From contig OZ024750.1 in NCBI GenBank assembly GCA_964016885.1, forward strand, positions 30,628,001-30,692,000: a DNA stretch of 64,000 nucleotides. Direction: 5' to 3'. The position numbers and the translations under genes were made by a program. This DNA comes from Eledone cirrhosa (Eukaryota). Every line of letters begins with the position of its first letter. The stretch's first letter is position 1. Below, piece after piece: positions 1-13,980 of this stretch. Below the pieces are notes generated by a model. It did not search any database and was not told the origin of the DNA. It saw only the letters and a program-made list of their open reading frames with translations.

Positions 1-1016
1 AGCAAGATGGTTGGATAACATACATGAGCTTGGCTGGTCTCACTTGGGGATTCAACCACTGAAGACCCCTCCCCCCTCTCACACGACCCTATATAGGGAT
101 CGTAAGAAACTCTCAGGAGAGCTGGATAGCAGAAGGTCTTCAAAGTAGAACCCCATCCTCCTCTTCCAGCAAGGGTTTTGGCCCTTAACTTCTATACAAT
201 ATAAATGGTAATAAGGAAATGAAAAAGAATGAGAAAGAAATTCTTAATAATTAAATCCTGCTTTTCAATGTTAATTATAATGTTGGCTTCATCAGCACCA
301 AACATTTTACTTCATACTCTCATTCTGAAATCCATTTCATATAAAAAAGATAGTAGTAGACAAATAGATATACTGTGAGATATATTATTGCTGAACTTTC
401 ATCAGTAATGCTGATTCATGCTTTGTGTTCCAGTTCTTTGAACAATGGAACAACCTGCTTGTGAAATTATCTTGCAAATGTCTAAGCATTCCAAAACTTG
501 CGTAAACTGAACTTAACTTAATTTCTCAGAGAAAATCAGCATGACTAGAGCCAGATTTAATAGGGGACAAAAGGGGGCAATTGCCCCGGAACCCCTGCTG
601 GCGGGAGGCATCAGTGATGGCCGTAGCAATTTATTTGTGCCCTAAGCTGGGCTTTTTAGTTTTAGAATGGTTAGAATTTTTGAATTTAATACTTGTATTT
701 ATAACTTTTTAATTTCAATTACTTGCAGCAAGCTAACTTTGATATGTAAAATTGGGGGTGTTTGTTGTGTATTCTAATTTTTTATGTACGAGGGGTCCTC
801 CAAACCTGAAGTGCCCCAGGCCCCTTTCCTAACCCTGATCATGACACAGTGTGTATAACAAGGTACATTTACAACACTTTTTATTCCAGCTGAGTGGTCT
901 GGAGCAATAAGAAATTAAGCATCGAAAAAAAAAAAATGAAAGGGGGAAAAAGGGACATATTGTACACCTCAGTTTGAGTGGTAAAATATACATATTTTAG
1001 AACCATTTTTACTCAC

Positions 1017-1158
1017 CTGAACAAAAGTGTATCCACAAGCGACAGGTTCAATTGTATAAATTAATGAATCGAAAGTGGTCAGAGTACCCAGACCGATGAA
1101 GCTGCATGTGGAAGGGCATTTCTTGTCCTCACATACCCATTTACTATTTAAACAGTCA
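1017..1158 (-). CDS. Exon 13: E module end and VWD2 start ([30 protein letters not shown]...CGYTFVQ)
   Basis: ttacag| and |gtgagt; phase 2/0; C.C..G.W.C...CP.TC..G....TFD pattern. Confidence 0.93.
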
Positions 1159-4100
1159 CTGTAAAGTAAAATAAAAAACGTAAATAAAGTATCTTACATT
1201 TGTTAATTTATTGAAGGCTTTTTAAATGATCCTTTAATAATTGTTACTACTTTTGGCACAAGGCCAGCAATTACCCAGTGCATTACTAGTACTTTATTTT
1301 ATCGACCCCGTAAGGATGAAAGGCAAAGTTAACCTCGGCGGGATTTGAACTCAAACCATAAAGGACCGTAACTCTATGCTGCAAAGCATGGTGTCCGACT
1401 CTCTACTGATACTGCCAATCCCTTTAATAATGAAGGAAAGGCACGTGGTTGAGTTGCTAGAGAATTGATTTACAATTGTGAAGTTGTGAGTTCGATTCCT
1501 GGACCAGGCAATGCATTAGGTCTTTGAGGAATAAACTTTATTTCATGTTGTTCCTTCTGCCTAGACTTGCGACTGGTAGATAGTATTAGCAATTGGAAAC
1601 ACCAATGGAAACAATGTTTCCTTGGTCCAATTTGATGAGCCCCATGCCACTTGTTAAGTGAATGAGATTTGGGATCTTCTTGATCGATTGTTATATACAT
1701 ATATTAGTCTATTTGGTTACAAGATGTTAGAATTAGGACCAAAACTCAGTATTTCAAATAAGTAAAGAGAATATTAAACATATTTCATCTTTCTTTTAAA
1801 CCTGTAACTCCTGGCGAGGTCGTATTAGTGGTGTAGTAAATTATGATGTTTCTCATGCATTTAAAACCTAATGGAGTCCATCCCGTTTCCAGGTCTGAAC
1901 ACAGTCGATTTTGAAATGCAAAGTTGGTGCCGGTGAGATTTAAACTCAGAGAACAGAGAGCCAGAAGAAAAACTTGCAAAGTAATCTATCAAATGGTCTA
2001 AGAACTCTACCAGTTTACCTTCTCCTAAACATATTTATATAAATAAAAGGAAAGCAATATTGAAGTTCTTACCAGTTATTACAATCCATAGTAGTGGAGG
2101 AACCATTTAAGTATTTCTTTCCATTATACAGACATGGACACTCCTCTTCAGTTATGCACTTCCCATCTTCATAACGTTTCCCATCAGGACAGTAGCAACC
2201 AGGAACATTTTGGGAGTCACAATTCCCATTTATAATTCCACCACTACCACAAAAATCAGGACAGACAGGTGCATAGTCGCTATACTCCATATCAGCAGGA
2301 CAGTCAGGTTCTAATAAAGAAATTGATAATTTAGATATATTTTATTTCTTAAATGAGATCTTTTAACCCTTTAGCATTTACATTACTCTATATTTACTAT
2401 TGGATCAATAAAGGTAAGGCAACGTAATTTACATTGATGAGTATGAAAATACACTCTTAACAGGTGCAATGTGTCTGAAAACGGAAGAGCTAAACTCCCA
2501 TGGTCATCGCCCCCATCTCTCTGTATAGTGAGCAAGTGGGGTCCCACGTGCTGGCCGCCCCACAGCCCCGCCGGACAGAATCGTAAGGGAGACACGCTGG
2601 AAGAGCCATTCCATCTCGTGAGGCTCACACCTGCGGCTGGCCAGCTCAGCACCTATGGTGGTGAGTTTACTATTGTATTTTCACGGTAAAGGCTTTATCT
2701 CACATAATGTCTCACATAATATCGAATCTATGAGAAATTTCGATATTATTTACTTTGAGAACGATACCTTAACATCAGTATGAGTGGCCAGTTACGGTCG
2801 GTTTGAATAGAAAAAGATGAGAGAATTCTGGCTGGATATGGCCAATTTAAATGCTAAAGGGTTAAGGAGCAAAATAACAAACTAGTTATTGTTTTGAGAA
2901 TACTCATTTCAAAGTGTCATGACTTTAAAACCTGTATTGTTTACCTAATTAAGGCATATTACTTTAATTATTTAGATATTTTCATAAGTTAGTCAGAAGC
3001 TGAGGAAATGGCCAAACTCATTGCAGACCTTCAGAGTCAGGTAAGATTGAAGTAGCCAATACCGAGTCTTTATATATTCAGCTCAATTTCTGTAGGAAAT
3101 ACACATACAGGAGGAGACAGATCTTATTAAAAAGAAAAAATTTTCAATAGAGTGAATTCAACTGAAAACACTCAAGAACTAGGTGTTAACTTATAAACCT
3201 CCTCTCAACATCAAGCTATGAAGAGCTAGGTGTTGACTAACCTTAGCTCAACATTAAGCTATAAAGAACTAGGTGTTGTATTAGAAACCCAGCTCAAATC
3301 AAGCTGCAAAGAACTAGGTGTTGTCTTAGAAACCCATTCAACATCAAGCTATAAACAACTGGGTGTTGACTAACTTTAGATCAACATCAAGCTGTAAAGA
3401 ACTAGGTGTTGTCTTAGAAACCTAGATGAACACCAAGCTGTAAAGAACTGGGTGTTGACTAACCTTAGCTCAACACCAAGCTGTGAAGAACTAGGTGTTG
3501 TTTTAGAAACCTAGATGAACACAAAGCTGTAAAGAACTAAGTTTTGACTAACCCTAGCTCAACATCAAGCTGTAAAGAACTAGGTGTTGTCTTAGAAACC
3601 TAGATGAACACCGAGCTATAAAGAACTAAGTTTTGACTAACCCTAGCTCAACATCAAGCTGTAAAGAACTAGGTGTTGTCTTAGAAACCTAGATGAACAC
3701 CGAGCTGTAAAGAACTAAGTTTTGACTAACCCTAGCTCAACACCAAGCTGTAAAGAACTAGGTGTTGTTTTAGAAACCTAGATGAACACCAAGCTGTAAA
3801 GAACTAAGTTTTGACTAACCCTAGCTCAACATCAAGCTGTAAAGAACTAGGTGTTGTTTTAGAAACCCAGCTCAACATCAAGCTATAAAGTTAATTAAAA
3901 ACTCATTAATTGTTACTAATTCCTCAGCTCTGTTATTTATTAAGTAATATCTAACTAAGACATGTTAAATTAATAAGAGAAAACACTTCCTAGAATGACG
4001 GAATGTGCATTTTTTTTCTTTGTGATCAGCATTCAATTTATCCATTGTGGATTGACAGTATCGGTAGAGGGTCGGATGCCATGGTTTGCAGCATGGAGTT

Positions 4101-7100
4101 ACGGGCCTTTACAATCTGAGTTCAAATCCCACTGAGGTTAACTTTGCCTTTCACCCTTACGGGGTCGATAAAATAAAGTACCAGTAATGCACTGGGATGA
4201 TTGCTGGCCTTGTGCCAAAAGTAGAAACAATTATTAGCAATAATATTTGTTTCTGATTTAGGCACAAGGTCAGCAATTTTAGAGGAGGGGGGGGGGAGTC
4301 GATTTAATCAACTCCAGTTCGCTACTGGTACTTCATTTTATCGACCCCTTGTAAGGATGAAAAGCAAAACTAACCTTGGCAGGATTTTAACTCTGATCGT
4401 AAAGGGACGTAACTCTATGCCATAAAGCATGTTGTCCGACGCTCTACCGATTCTACTGCCAATCCACCACCTTATTAACAATATTAACATTAGCCTCTGT
4501 GTTAATTATGAACTGAACAGCTCTCTTCTTCATCTCTATTTCTTTGTATTTTCTTTTATAATTCATTTTGTAAGGACATGATAAAAGTTAAGGATGATGA
4601 AAGAAAGAAAATGTAATTACTGCAAATGGTATCTTGTCTCCAATCTGGAATGTCTGAACCTATACACATAAGTTCAAAAGCTGCATCTCTTACATTTTGA
4701 CAAGCAACTTCTTTTGCATTAGCCTGTGTATCACTCATGCTAACTAATTTTTCACAGTGGTTAATTGTGAAATTGGAATTTCCCTGAGAAAACAAGATGA
4801 TTATTGAAAAGAGAAAATTGATTAGAGAATAAAATAAAAATATTGAACATAATAAAAATACTGAACAGAATAAAAATATTGAACAGAATAAAAATATTGA
4901 ACAGAATAAAAGATATCACATTCCCCCAAAATTTAATTATAGATGAATGTATGTTTAGAAATTTTGAGAGGAATTTAAAACTTATGAGAAAGAAACTTTA
5001 GCATTCAGTAATCAGAAGAATGGAAGTTGGTGTAAAAGCTAAACTTGCTATCTTCAATTCAGTATTTGTGCTAACCCTTACCTATGATCATGAATCTTGG
5101 ATAATGATTGAAGGAATACATTCGTGAATTCAAACAGCTGAATTGAGGTTTCTGCAGGGTATTTGGAGTAATGTTACTCGATAAAGTCCATAGCTCAGAG
5201 ATCAGAGAGTCACTCCAGGTAGAGCCGCTACTTCTCCCAATTGAGAGATAGCAGCTCCGATACTACAGACATGTGGTTAGAATGTCTCAGAAAAGAATCA
5301 CTGGACAGATTTGATGGGCAAAACGAACTGGCAGGGGACACAAGGGTAAAACCCAAGCAAAATAGTTGAATAACATCCATGAGCTTGGCTGGTCTAGCTT
5401 GTGGATGCAACTGAATCAGTTGGAGATAGTTGCTTCTGACAAGACCCACTGGAAAGAGGGTTTGAGGTCTCTACTCCTACAACCATATTAGGAATAAGTG
5501 GGCAAAGAAGAAGAGAAAGAAGCTTCATCAAATCTTTTGACTATAGAAAAATTGTCTAAATAAAAGGGCATATAAGCTTCATTAACAGAAGAAAAAAACA
5601 TTAGCAGGGGCTAATGTCTATTTGTTTTCCTTGTATGTTCATTTATATTATTATTATATGCCCTAAAGTATCCATAGTTCTAAAACTCCTGAGAAAATCA
5701 TAGGGGTGTCATATTGATATACAGCATTTCTAGTGCATTTTTAAACCGGGCAGTGCCCTTCTACTTTCTAGGATATGCCCTTTTATTGTGCTAATGTCCA
5801 TTTATTCTTTTAAGGGGGCTTATATGCTTTGACCATTTTGCAACAGTAAAAAAAATTCAAGGAAGCTTTTAACTTTCTCATATGTTTAATTATAGAGGGA
5901 AGAATATAAAATTATAGAGAGAAGAATATAAAATTATAGAGGGAAGAATGATGGAAACAAATTGAAAACCTTAGTAAGATAATTACAGGAAAGTGTATGT
6001 TAAATAGATTATAGGGAGAGAATCTTATGAAAATAGGGAACAACGTTGAAGTCTAATAATGTCTATTGAAGGCAGTTTACTATATCAATGAAGAAAAAAA
6101 TGACATAACAGGGGTTTAGATGCCTTATAAGATTGATTTCAGGGGGATTGTCAAAGTTGATTAAATCGACCCCAGTACTTGACTGGTACATTATTTTAGT
6201 AACCTCAGAAGAATGAAAGGCTAAGTTGACCTTTGCGAGATTCAAACTCAAATACCACAATGGCATTTCATCTGATGCTCTCCCAATCCTGCATTAAATC
6301 AATCCCAGTATTTGACTGGTACTTTATTTTATCAACTCCAGAATGATGAAAGGCAAAGTTGATGTTAGCAGGATTTGAACTCAGAATGTAAAGAGCCAGA
6401 ATAAATACCACAATGGCATGGCCTTTTATCTGATGCTCTACCAATTCTACCAATCCAGCTACAACATTCCTCTCTATAACTTTATTTTAGGGGAAATGGA
6501 AGATCCCGAGGTGGAGGAGGAGAACCATATCATTATTATAATATAATTGTTTCTACTTTAGGCACAAGGCCAGCAATTACCCAGTGCATTACTGGTACTT
6601 TATTTTATCGACCCCGTAAGGATGAAAGGCAAAGTCAACCTCGGCGGGATTTGAACTCAGATCGTAAAGGGACGTAACTATGCTGGAAAGCATGGCGTCC
6701 GACCCTCTACCGATACTGCCAATTTGGAAAAATAATGGTTTCTGATTTAGGCACAAGGCCAACAATTTGTGGGGAGGGCAAAGTTGATTAAATTGACCCT
6801 AATGCATTACTGGGACTTTATAAAGCTAACCTCAGCAGGATTTGAACTCAGAATGTAAAGGGATGTAACTCTTTGCCATGAAGCATATTGTTTGATCACT
6901 ACTGATACTACCAATCCACCGCTATACTATTAGTAGATATGGTAGTGGTGAGATGTTAACAGTGTCAATGCTGCCACTAACACTACAATCATGACTGAGT
7001 TACTTCTTGAAAAAATAAAAAAAATGAGAAAGAAAATCATATGAGAATAAAATGAAGCATTTAAAAATCCAACTTGTATTACTTACAATCTTTTCCAAGT

Positions 7101-10100
7101 TGTTAAATGATTGTATTTTAGAACATATTTTATTAGCTTCTGGATAATCATTCCCTTCGGTTACTGGACTTTCAATAAGCTGGAATAAAGAGTGTGAGAG
7201 ATGGATACAGCTTTTCATTGCAGACAAATGATATTTGAATCAGGCATCTATCATATTATATACAGTGGAACCTTGGTTCATGAACTTAATTCATTCCTGA
7301 AGGCCATTTGTCAACCTGAAACTATTTTTGCCATATCAAATGTTGAGAGAGAAATACAATGTGAGAGAGACTGTGTGTGTGAAAGACAGCTAAATAGAGA
7401 TCACCATAGTAACTAACTATGATACTCCAAGCTTGTTGCCAACCATTGTTGCTGGTTTGCATGTTCATTATTCAAGACAACATTCCTGAACCGAGTTGTT
7501 TTATGTTCAGAAAAGTTATTTATGAACTGATTTTCTCATGATGAGAGGCGTTTGTGAACTGAGGTTCGACTGTATTTGTTAAAACATGTTGCCTGAGGTT
7601 CTACTGTATTTGTTAAAACATGTTGCCTGAGGTTCTACTGTATTTGTTAAAACATGTTTCCTCAGGTTCTACTGTATTTGTTAAAACATGTTGCCTGAGG
7701 TTCTACTGTATTTGTTAAAACATGTTGCCTGAGGTTCTACTGTATTTGTTAAAACATGTTGCCTAAAAACAAACTGTTTCTGGCTTTATTTCTATGGCTC
7801 AATGCCCTTCCTAATGCCAACCACATTTACAGTATGGACTGGCTCCTTTTTATTGTGGCACCAAAACGACCAGCTGACAGGCTGGATTGGGTATTTTTTC
7901 ATTGTGTAACCAGAATGACCATCTTACAAGGTGGCCCAAGTGCTTTTTGTCATATCAGCAACACAACAACCTTCTAAAGTGGGCTGGGTGCTTGTTGTCG
8001 TGTCACCAACACAACCACTTTACAAGGTGGACTGGGTGTTTTTTGTCATGCCACTATCCTAGTTAGAAATAACAAATATTGAGGTGTAATCTATATAACA
8101 AAGTGATGCTCAATATTGATGATATTGAAGGTGGTGGTGATATTGAGGATGGTGATGATGGTATTGATGATGATGATAATGATGGTAATGATGATATTGA
8201 AGGTGATGATGATGATGAAAACAACAAAATTCAAACATCAATGAATGAAAGAAACCCATAAATAATATCTTACGTCATAAGTTGTGATTCTGTTATAAAG
8301 AATAAAATCTTTAGCTGTCGCCAACTTAATATGATTTTTCCCCTGGAAATCATCTACAATGAAATTAGAAATTTGGTACAATCAGTCTATTTTGGTAGTT
8401 TACTACATATATATTAGTGATATCACACAGCTTACTACAGATATATTAATATCACATGGTTTACTACAGATATATTAATGATATCACACAGCTTACTACA
8501 TATATATTAATGATATCATATAACTTACTACAGATATATTAGTGATATCACACAGCTTACTACAGATATATTAATATCACATGGTTTACTACAGATATAT
8601 TAATGATATCATACAGCTTACTACAGATATATTAGTGATATCACACAGCTTACTACAGATATATTAATATCACATGGTTTACTACAGATATATTAATGAT
8701 ATCACACAGCTTACTACATATATATTAATGATATCATACAACTTACTACAGATATATTAATGATTTCATACAGCTTACTACAGATATATTAATGATATCA
8801 TACAACTTACTACAGATATATTAATGATTTCATACAGCTTACTACAGATATATTAATGATATCATACAACTTACTACAGATATATTAATGATTTCATACA
8901 GCTTACTACAGATATATTAATGATATCATACAACTTACTACAGATATATTAATATCACATGGTTTACTACAGATATATTAGTGATATCATACAGCTTACT
9001 ACAGATATATTAGTGATATCATACAACTTACTACAGATATATTAATATCACATGGTTTACTACAGATATATTAATGATATCACACAGCTTACTACAGATA
9101 TATTAATGATATCATACAACTTACTACAGATATATTAATATCACATGGTTTACTACAGATATATTAGTGATATCATACAACTTACTACAGATATATTAAT
9201 GATATCATACAACTTACTACAGATATATTAATATCACATGGTTTACTACAGATATATTAATTGTTTCTACTTTTGGCACAAGGCCAGCAAATACCCAGTG
9301 TATTACTGGTACTTTATTTTATCGACCCTGTAAGGATGAAAGGCAAAGTTAACCTCGGCGGGATTTGAACTCAGAATGGCAAGGGCCGTAACTCTATGTG
9401 TCAAAACATGGCGTCCGACCCTCTACCCATACTGCCAATCCACCACCCTACTACAGATATATTAATGATATCACACAGCATACTACAGCTATATTAATGA
9501 TATCATACAGCTTACTATAGATATATTAATATCACATGGTTTACTACAGATATATTAATATCACACAGTTTACTACAGCTATATTAATATCACACAGTTT
9601 ACTACAGATATATTAGTATCACACAGTTTACTATAGATATATTAATATCACACAGTTTACTACAGATATATTAGAAACCTTGCTGTAAAATGAATGAAGT
9701 ATAAATGCTCTTTGTTTGGCAGCTTTTCTAAGGCAGCATGCCCTTACTATCATCGACCCCTTTACAGAGTGTACTGAGTGTATTTATTGTGTAGATCACC
9801 AGCACTAGGGAGGCCATCATGTCTTTGACACATCTGAAAAGTTCTTCCAAGTTTTCTACAGCTGGATGCCCATTCTGTCACCAACAACTTTACAAAGTGT
9901 ACTGGGGGTGTTTTAGGAAGTAAATCACCTAAGGAGGTTTTCACACCATTGATACAACTAAAAAGGCCTCACAGTCCTTTTCAGCATGGTTTCTACAGCA
10001 GAGGGGGCTTTCTAATGCCAACCACCTCCCAGGATGTATTGCATGCACTTCTATGGCCCCAACACAAGGGAGATTGTTAGTTTTCTTTTTCAACTGAAGA

Positions 10101-13100
10101 GACTTCTTTACTCTCCATAAGGTATAGGGAGTGTTAGAAGGAAGATATACACATATTTATATATATGTGTAGAGAAATATATTGCATGTAAAATGTGAGA
10201 GTTTATACTTACTTTCAGAATTATGATCAAAATTTCCACACAATCCTTTCACTAAAGTGTTATTGTACAAAAGGTGGGTTGGTGAGATCTCCAGAAGTTC
10301 TTTATTCATTAAGATTCTGATAGGAATTACACTGATGACAATACTTAAGTAGTTATATCGTTTGCTCACCGTAACACCTGAAAATAATAAGAGAATGAAT
10401 AAAGTGATCATTATCATTATCATAATTTAACATCAAGAGTTAGTTGGATGGGTTGTGACAAACCAAGTGAGTATTTAATCAGAGTTAGTGATCTCTCAGA
10501 TGGGCTGGGGGCCTACTTCTTTCAACACAGTTTGACATGTGTACATGTCTATACATTTATATAAATATATGTATACATGACCCCTAACTCCTGGGCAGTT
10601 GTAGGGGCACAATAGTGTCATACAGTGGTCCTGGTGATATTGCACCACATTATTTACAGACACAAAATACTTTTTAGAGAACGAGAGTATATAGTGTGGC
10701 TCTAAAATTCAAAAGTAAAGATGAGAGAGAGAAAGAGAAAGAGAGAGGAAGAGAAAGGAAGAGAGAGAGGAAGAGCGAGAGGAAGAGCGAGATGGAGAGG
10801 GGGAGGGAGAGAGGGAGGGAGAGGGGGATAGAGAGAGGGAGAGAAAGAGAGGGAGGGAGAGAGGGAGGGAGAGGGGGATAAAGAGAGGGAGGGAGGGAGA
10901 GAGGGAGATGGAGGGAGATGGAGAGAGAGAGATGGAGGGAGATGGAGAGAGAGAGAGGGAGGGAGAGAGAGAGGAAGAGATAGAGGGAGAGATAGAGAGA
11001 GAGATAGAGAGTTTTGACCTAAATTTTAACCAAAAATTTGAAAAACAATATTAAACAACCTTCGACCTCCAGGACGCATGGTAGATTTTTGAGACTTATT
11101 TTAGGAAAAAAGTAGCGTCTTCGACGCCGGGAATTACGGTACTTTTATTGATAATTATATAAATATGAAAAAGAAAGATAAAAACAAATTTAAGTAATGA
11201 GAAAAAAGGGAAGGGGTAAAGAAAGGCAGATCTGGCTGTATGGGAAAGTAGAGGAAAGGACTATAAATGCCATAAATGAAAGGGCCACAGAAGTAAAAGG
11301 AAGAGGAGAGGGTGGTGGGCTTTAGTCCTAGGGCGGCGTGCGCAGTGTTTGGTCTGCGCCCCGCAGACAAAAGAATAAAAAAAGAGGAGAGCAGAAGGTT
11401 ATAAAAACAAAACATCTATACTAACCTTCACTGAGTTCGCCTACTTTCATTAATTTGTCATTGAGAAAGACACTTGTACCATTGCATAAAACTGTCTTGC
11501 CGTTAAACCTGATATCCAACATCTGCAATGAAATATAAAGAATTCTTTATTAAATAATTTATTGAGCTTTTCATTCCAACCAACATCAGAACATGCTGTG
11601 GCAGCTGTCTGTGGATATTTTCTCAAATATTTAGAATTTATGAAACAATAAAAGAGAGGAAAAGAGAGGGAAAGGGCTAATATTATTAACCCTTTAGCAT
11701 TTAAACCAGCTGTATCTGGCTAGAATTATTTCACCTCTTTCTGTTCAAACTGGCCATAACTGGCTGCTCATACTGAGCTTAATGTTCATTGAGCTTTCTT
11801 TATTGAGTAACATAATCAATATATATTTCATATGTATAAATTTAACCTAATTATAATATATACTAGACATGAAAAATGCGCAAGCTCAAAAGTGCCACAG
11901 AATGTTATAATAAACCTTCAAAAGTGTGGGACTAGAGTTGTTGCTAAAAAATATTGTAATCATTATATATCGTACATTCTGTGGCATCCTTTATAAAAAT
12001 AGCTTAAACCAACGAAGCCTTTATTTTTACGCTATTTCACTTAGTTAATTCTTAGAGTGTAACATATAAAAATATGATTTACAACTATAAAATAAATTAA
12101 TTAATATAATAACAGAGCTGCGGAGCTGAAATTTAGGAAATAATGGAGTATCGGATCCTGAGTTGGAGCCAGTCAATTTTTGGCCGACTCCGCAGCCCTG
12201 TATAATACATTTCATATTAAAGTTATTAATAAACCTATTTTACACTTCATGCAAATTACCACGAGATATTGATATTAGATATAAGATACAGCGCAATATC
12301 TACAGCTGTAAAAGTACGAAAGCGAAGTAATAATAAGTGGCTTAAGGTAATTCCAATATGAAAGTTTGTAGTGATAAAAATTTGATAATGCAATACGATT
12401 GTTAATATTATAGTTCTATGAAAATGTAACAATAGATAACTAAATTATTTTACTATTAGTATATTTAAGAAATTATCATTATAGATTTGATCGTTCATAT
12501 AAGCATCATATTAAGTTTCAACACAATTATTTTGTTACTATGAGTATATGATAATAATATTACGTAATTATTTATAGCTGTTATTACATTAAACATAGAT
12601 GTATTTATTTTTATATGTTACACTCTAAGAATTAACTAAGTGAAATAGCGTAAAAATAAAGGCTTCGTTGGTTTAAGCTATTTTTATAAAGGATGCCACA
12701 GAATGTACGATATATAATGATTACAATATTTTTTAGCAACAACTCTAGTCCCACACTTTTGAAGGTTTATTATAACATTCTGTGGCACTTTTGAGCTTGC
12801 GCATTTTTCATGTCTAGTTTAATATTTTTTTAAGGCAACGCTTGTAATAACTCTAGTTAAACAGGATATATATTAATAATAAATTATCGTTGTAATGTAA
12901 TTAGATTATGTAATTGTTATTATAAATTATCTTATAAATATTAGTGTAAGATGTATAAAAATATTTTCAGACTTTTAATATAAACAACTACAAAAAACAA
13001 TCAATATTAAATCAATATATTATACATAATAGAAAACATAAAATATACAATACAAAAACAAAATATTTACATACAATTGCAATTATCAGTGTATATACAT

Positions 13101-13932
13101 TTTCTTTATATTCCCTGAGCAAATTAATAAGATTTGTTTTTATTGTACATAATTTGATGACTTGTTGGAGTGTATTAAAAGATAGCAATAATTTGTGATT
13201 AAATTGTTATCTTAAGCAACTCACTTTTTAATAGTTGTTGGCTGAGCGAAATTGTAAAAGCCTATGAGCAAATATAAAAAAAAATACACAAACAACATTT
13301 CCTTGTGTTATTACAACATTAGATAAAATAATTGAGCAATGTCGTTATATTTTGCTCTTATTGCACATTAATAGTGTTTCTATTTTTCGGCACAAATCCA
13401 TTACGGCAGTCCATTACTGGTACTTTATTTTATCGAATTAGTAAGTATGAAAGTCGAAGTTAACCTCGGCAGGATTTGAACTTAGAATACAAAGGACCAT
13501 AACAATACTGCAAAGCATGGTGTCTGACGCTCTACCAATACTTGTGTTGAGCTGGTCATTAATTTATGGTGGTCGTGCGTGGAGTAGAGCAATCGCTAGT
13601 TGAAATATTATGAACAAAACATTTTTATTTGCCGAAGAACATATTTTCAATACTGTTTGTGAATGTGACGAAGGAAATACATTCTGATATGGAACAGTGT
13701 ACAAAGTGTGTCTGTGAATAACATAATGTTACCTCATGTTGTTGTCAAGACATAATGGATTTCGTATATCCAGTTAGAAGATGAAACCTAGCCATCTCGG
13801 ATTAGTTATATTTCATGCCATGTGTAAACGTGTTTGAGGATAGCAAAATATGCGCGTTAATTATAATAATTAGTTAATAATATTACAAAATATACCTAAT
13901 TAAACTCTTTGCTTGAAATTTTATCATTCTTC

Positions 13933-13980
<48 letters not shown>

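Noticed and set aside
4046-4135. tRNA genes at A/B-box sites
   Set aside because: No cloverleaf; boxes belong to SINE heads with shared bodies and TSDs.
8079-8261. Acidic ORFs here and at 32216-32479; GA-rich ORF 10696-10881
   Set aside because: (GAT)n and (GA)n simple repeats in introns without splice support.
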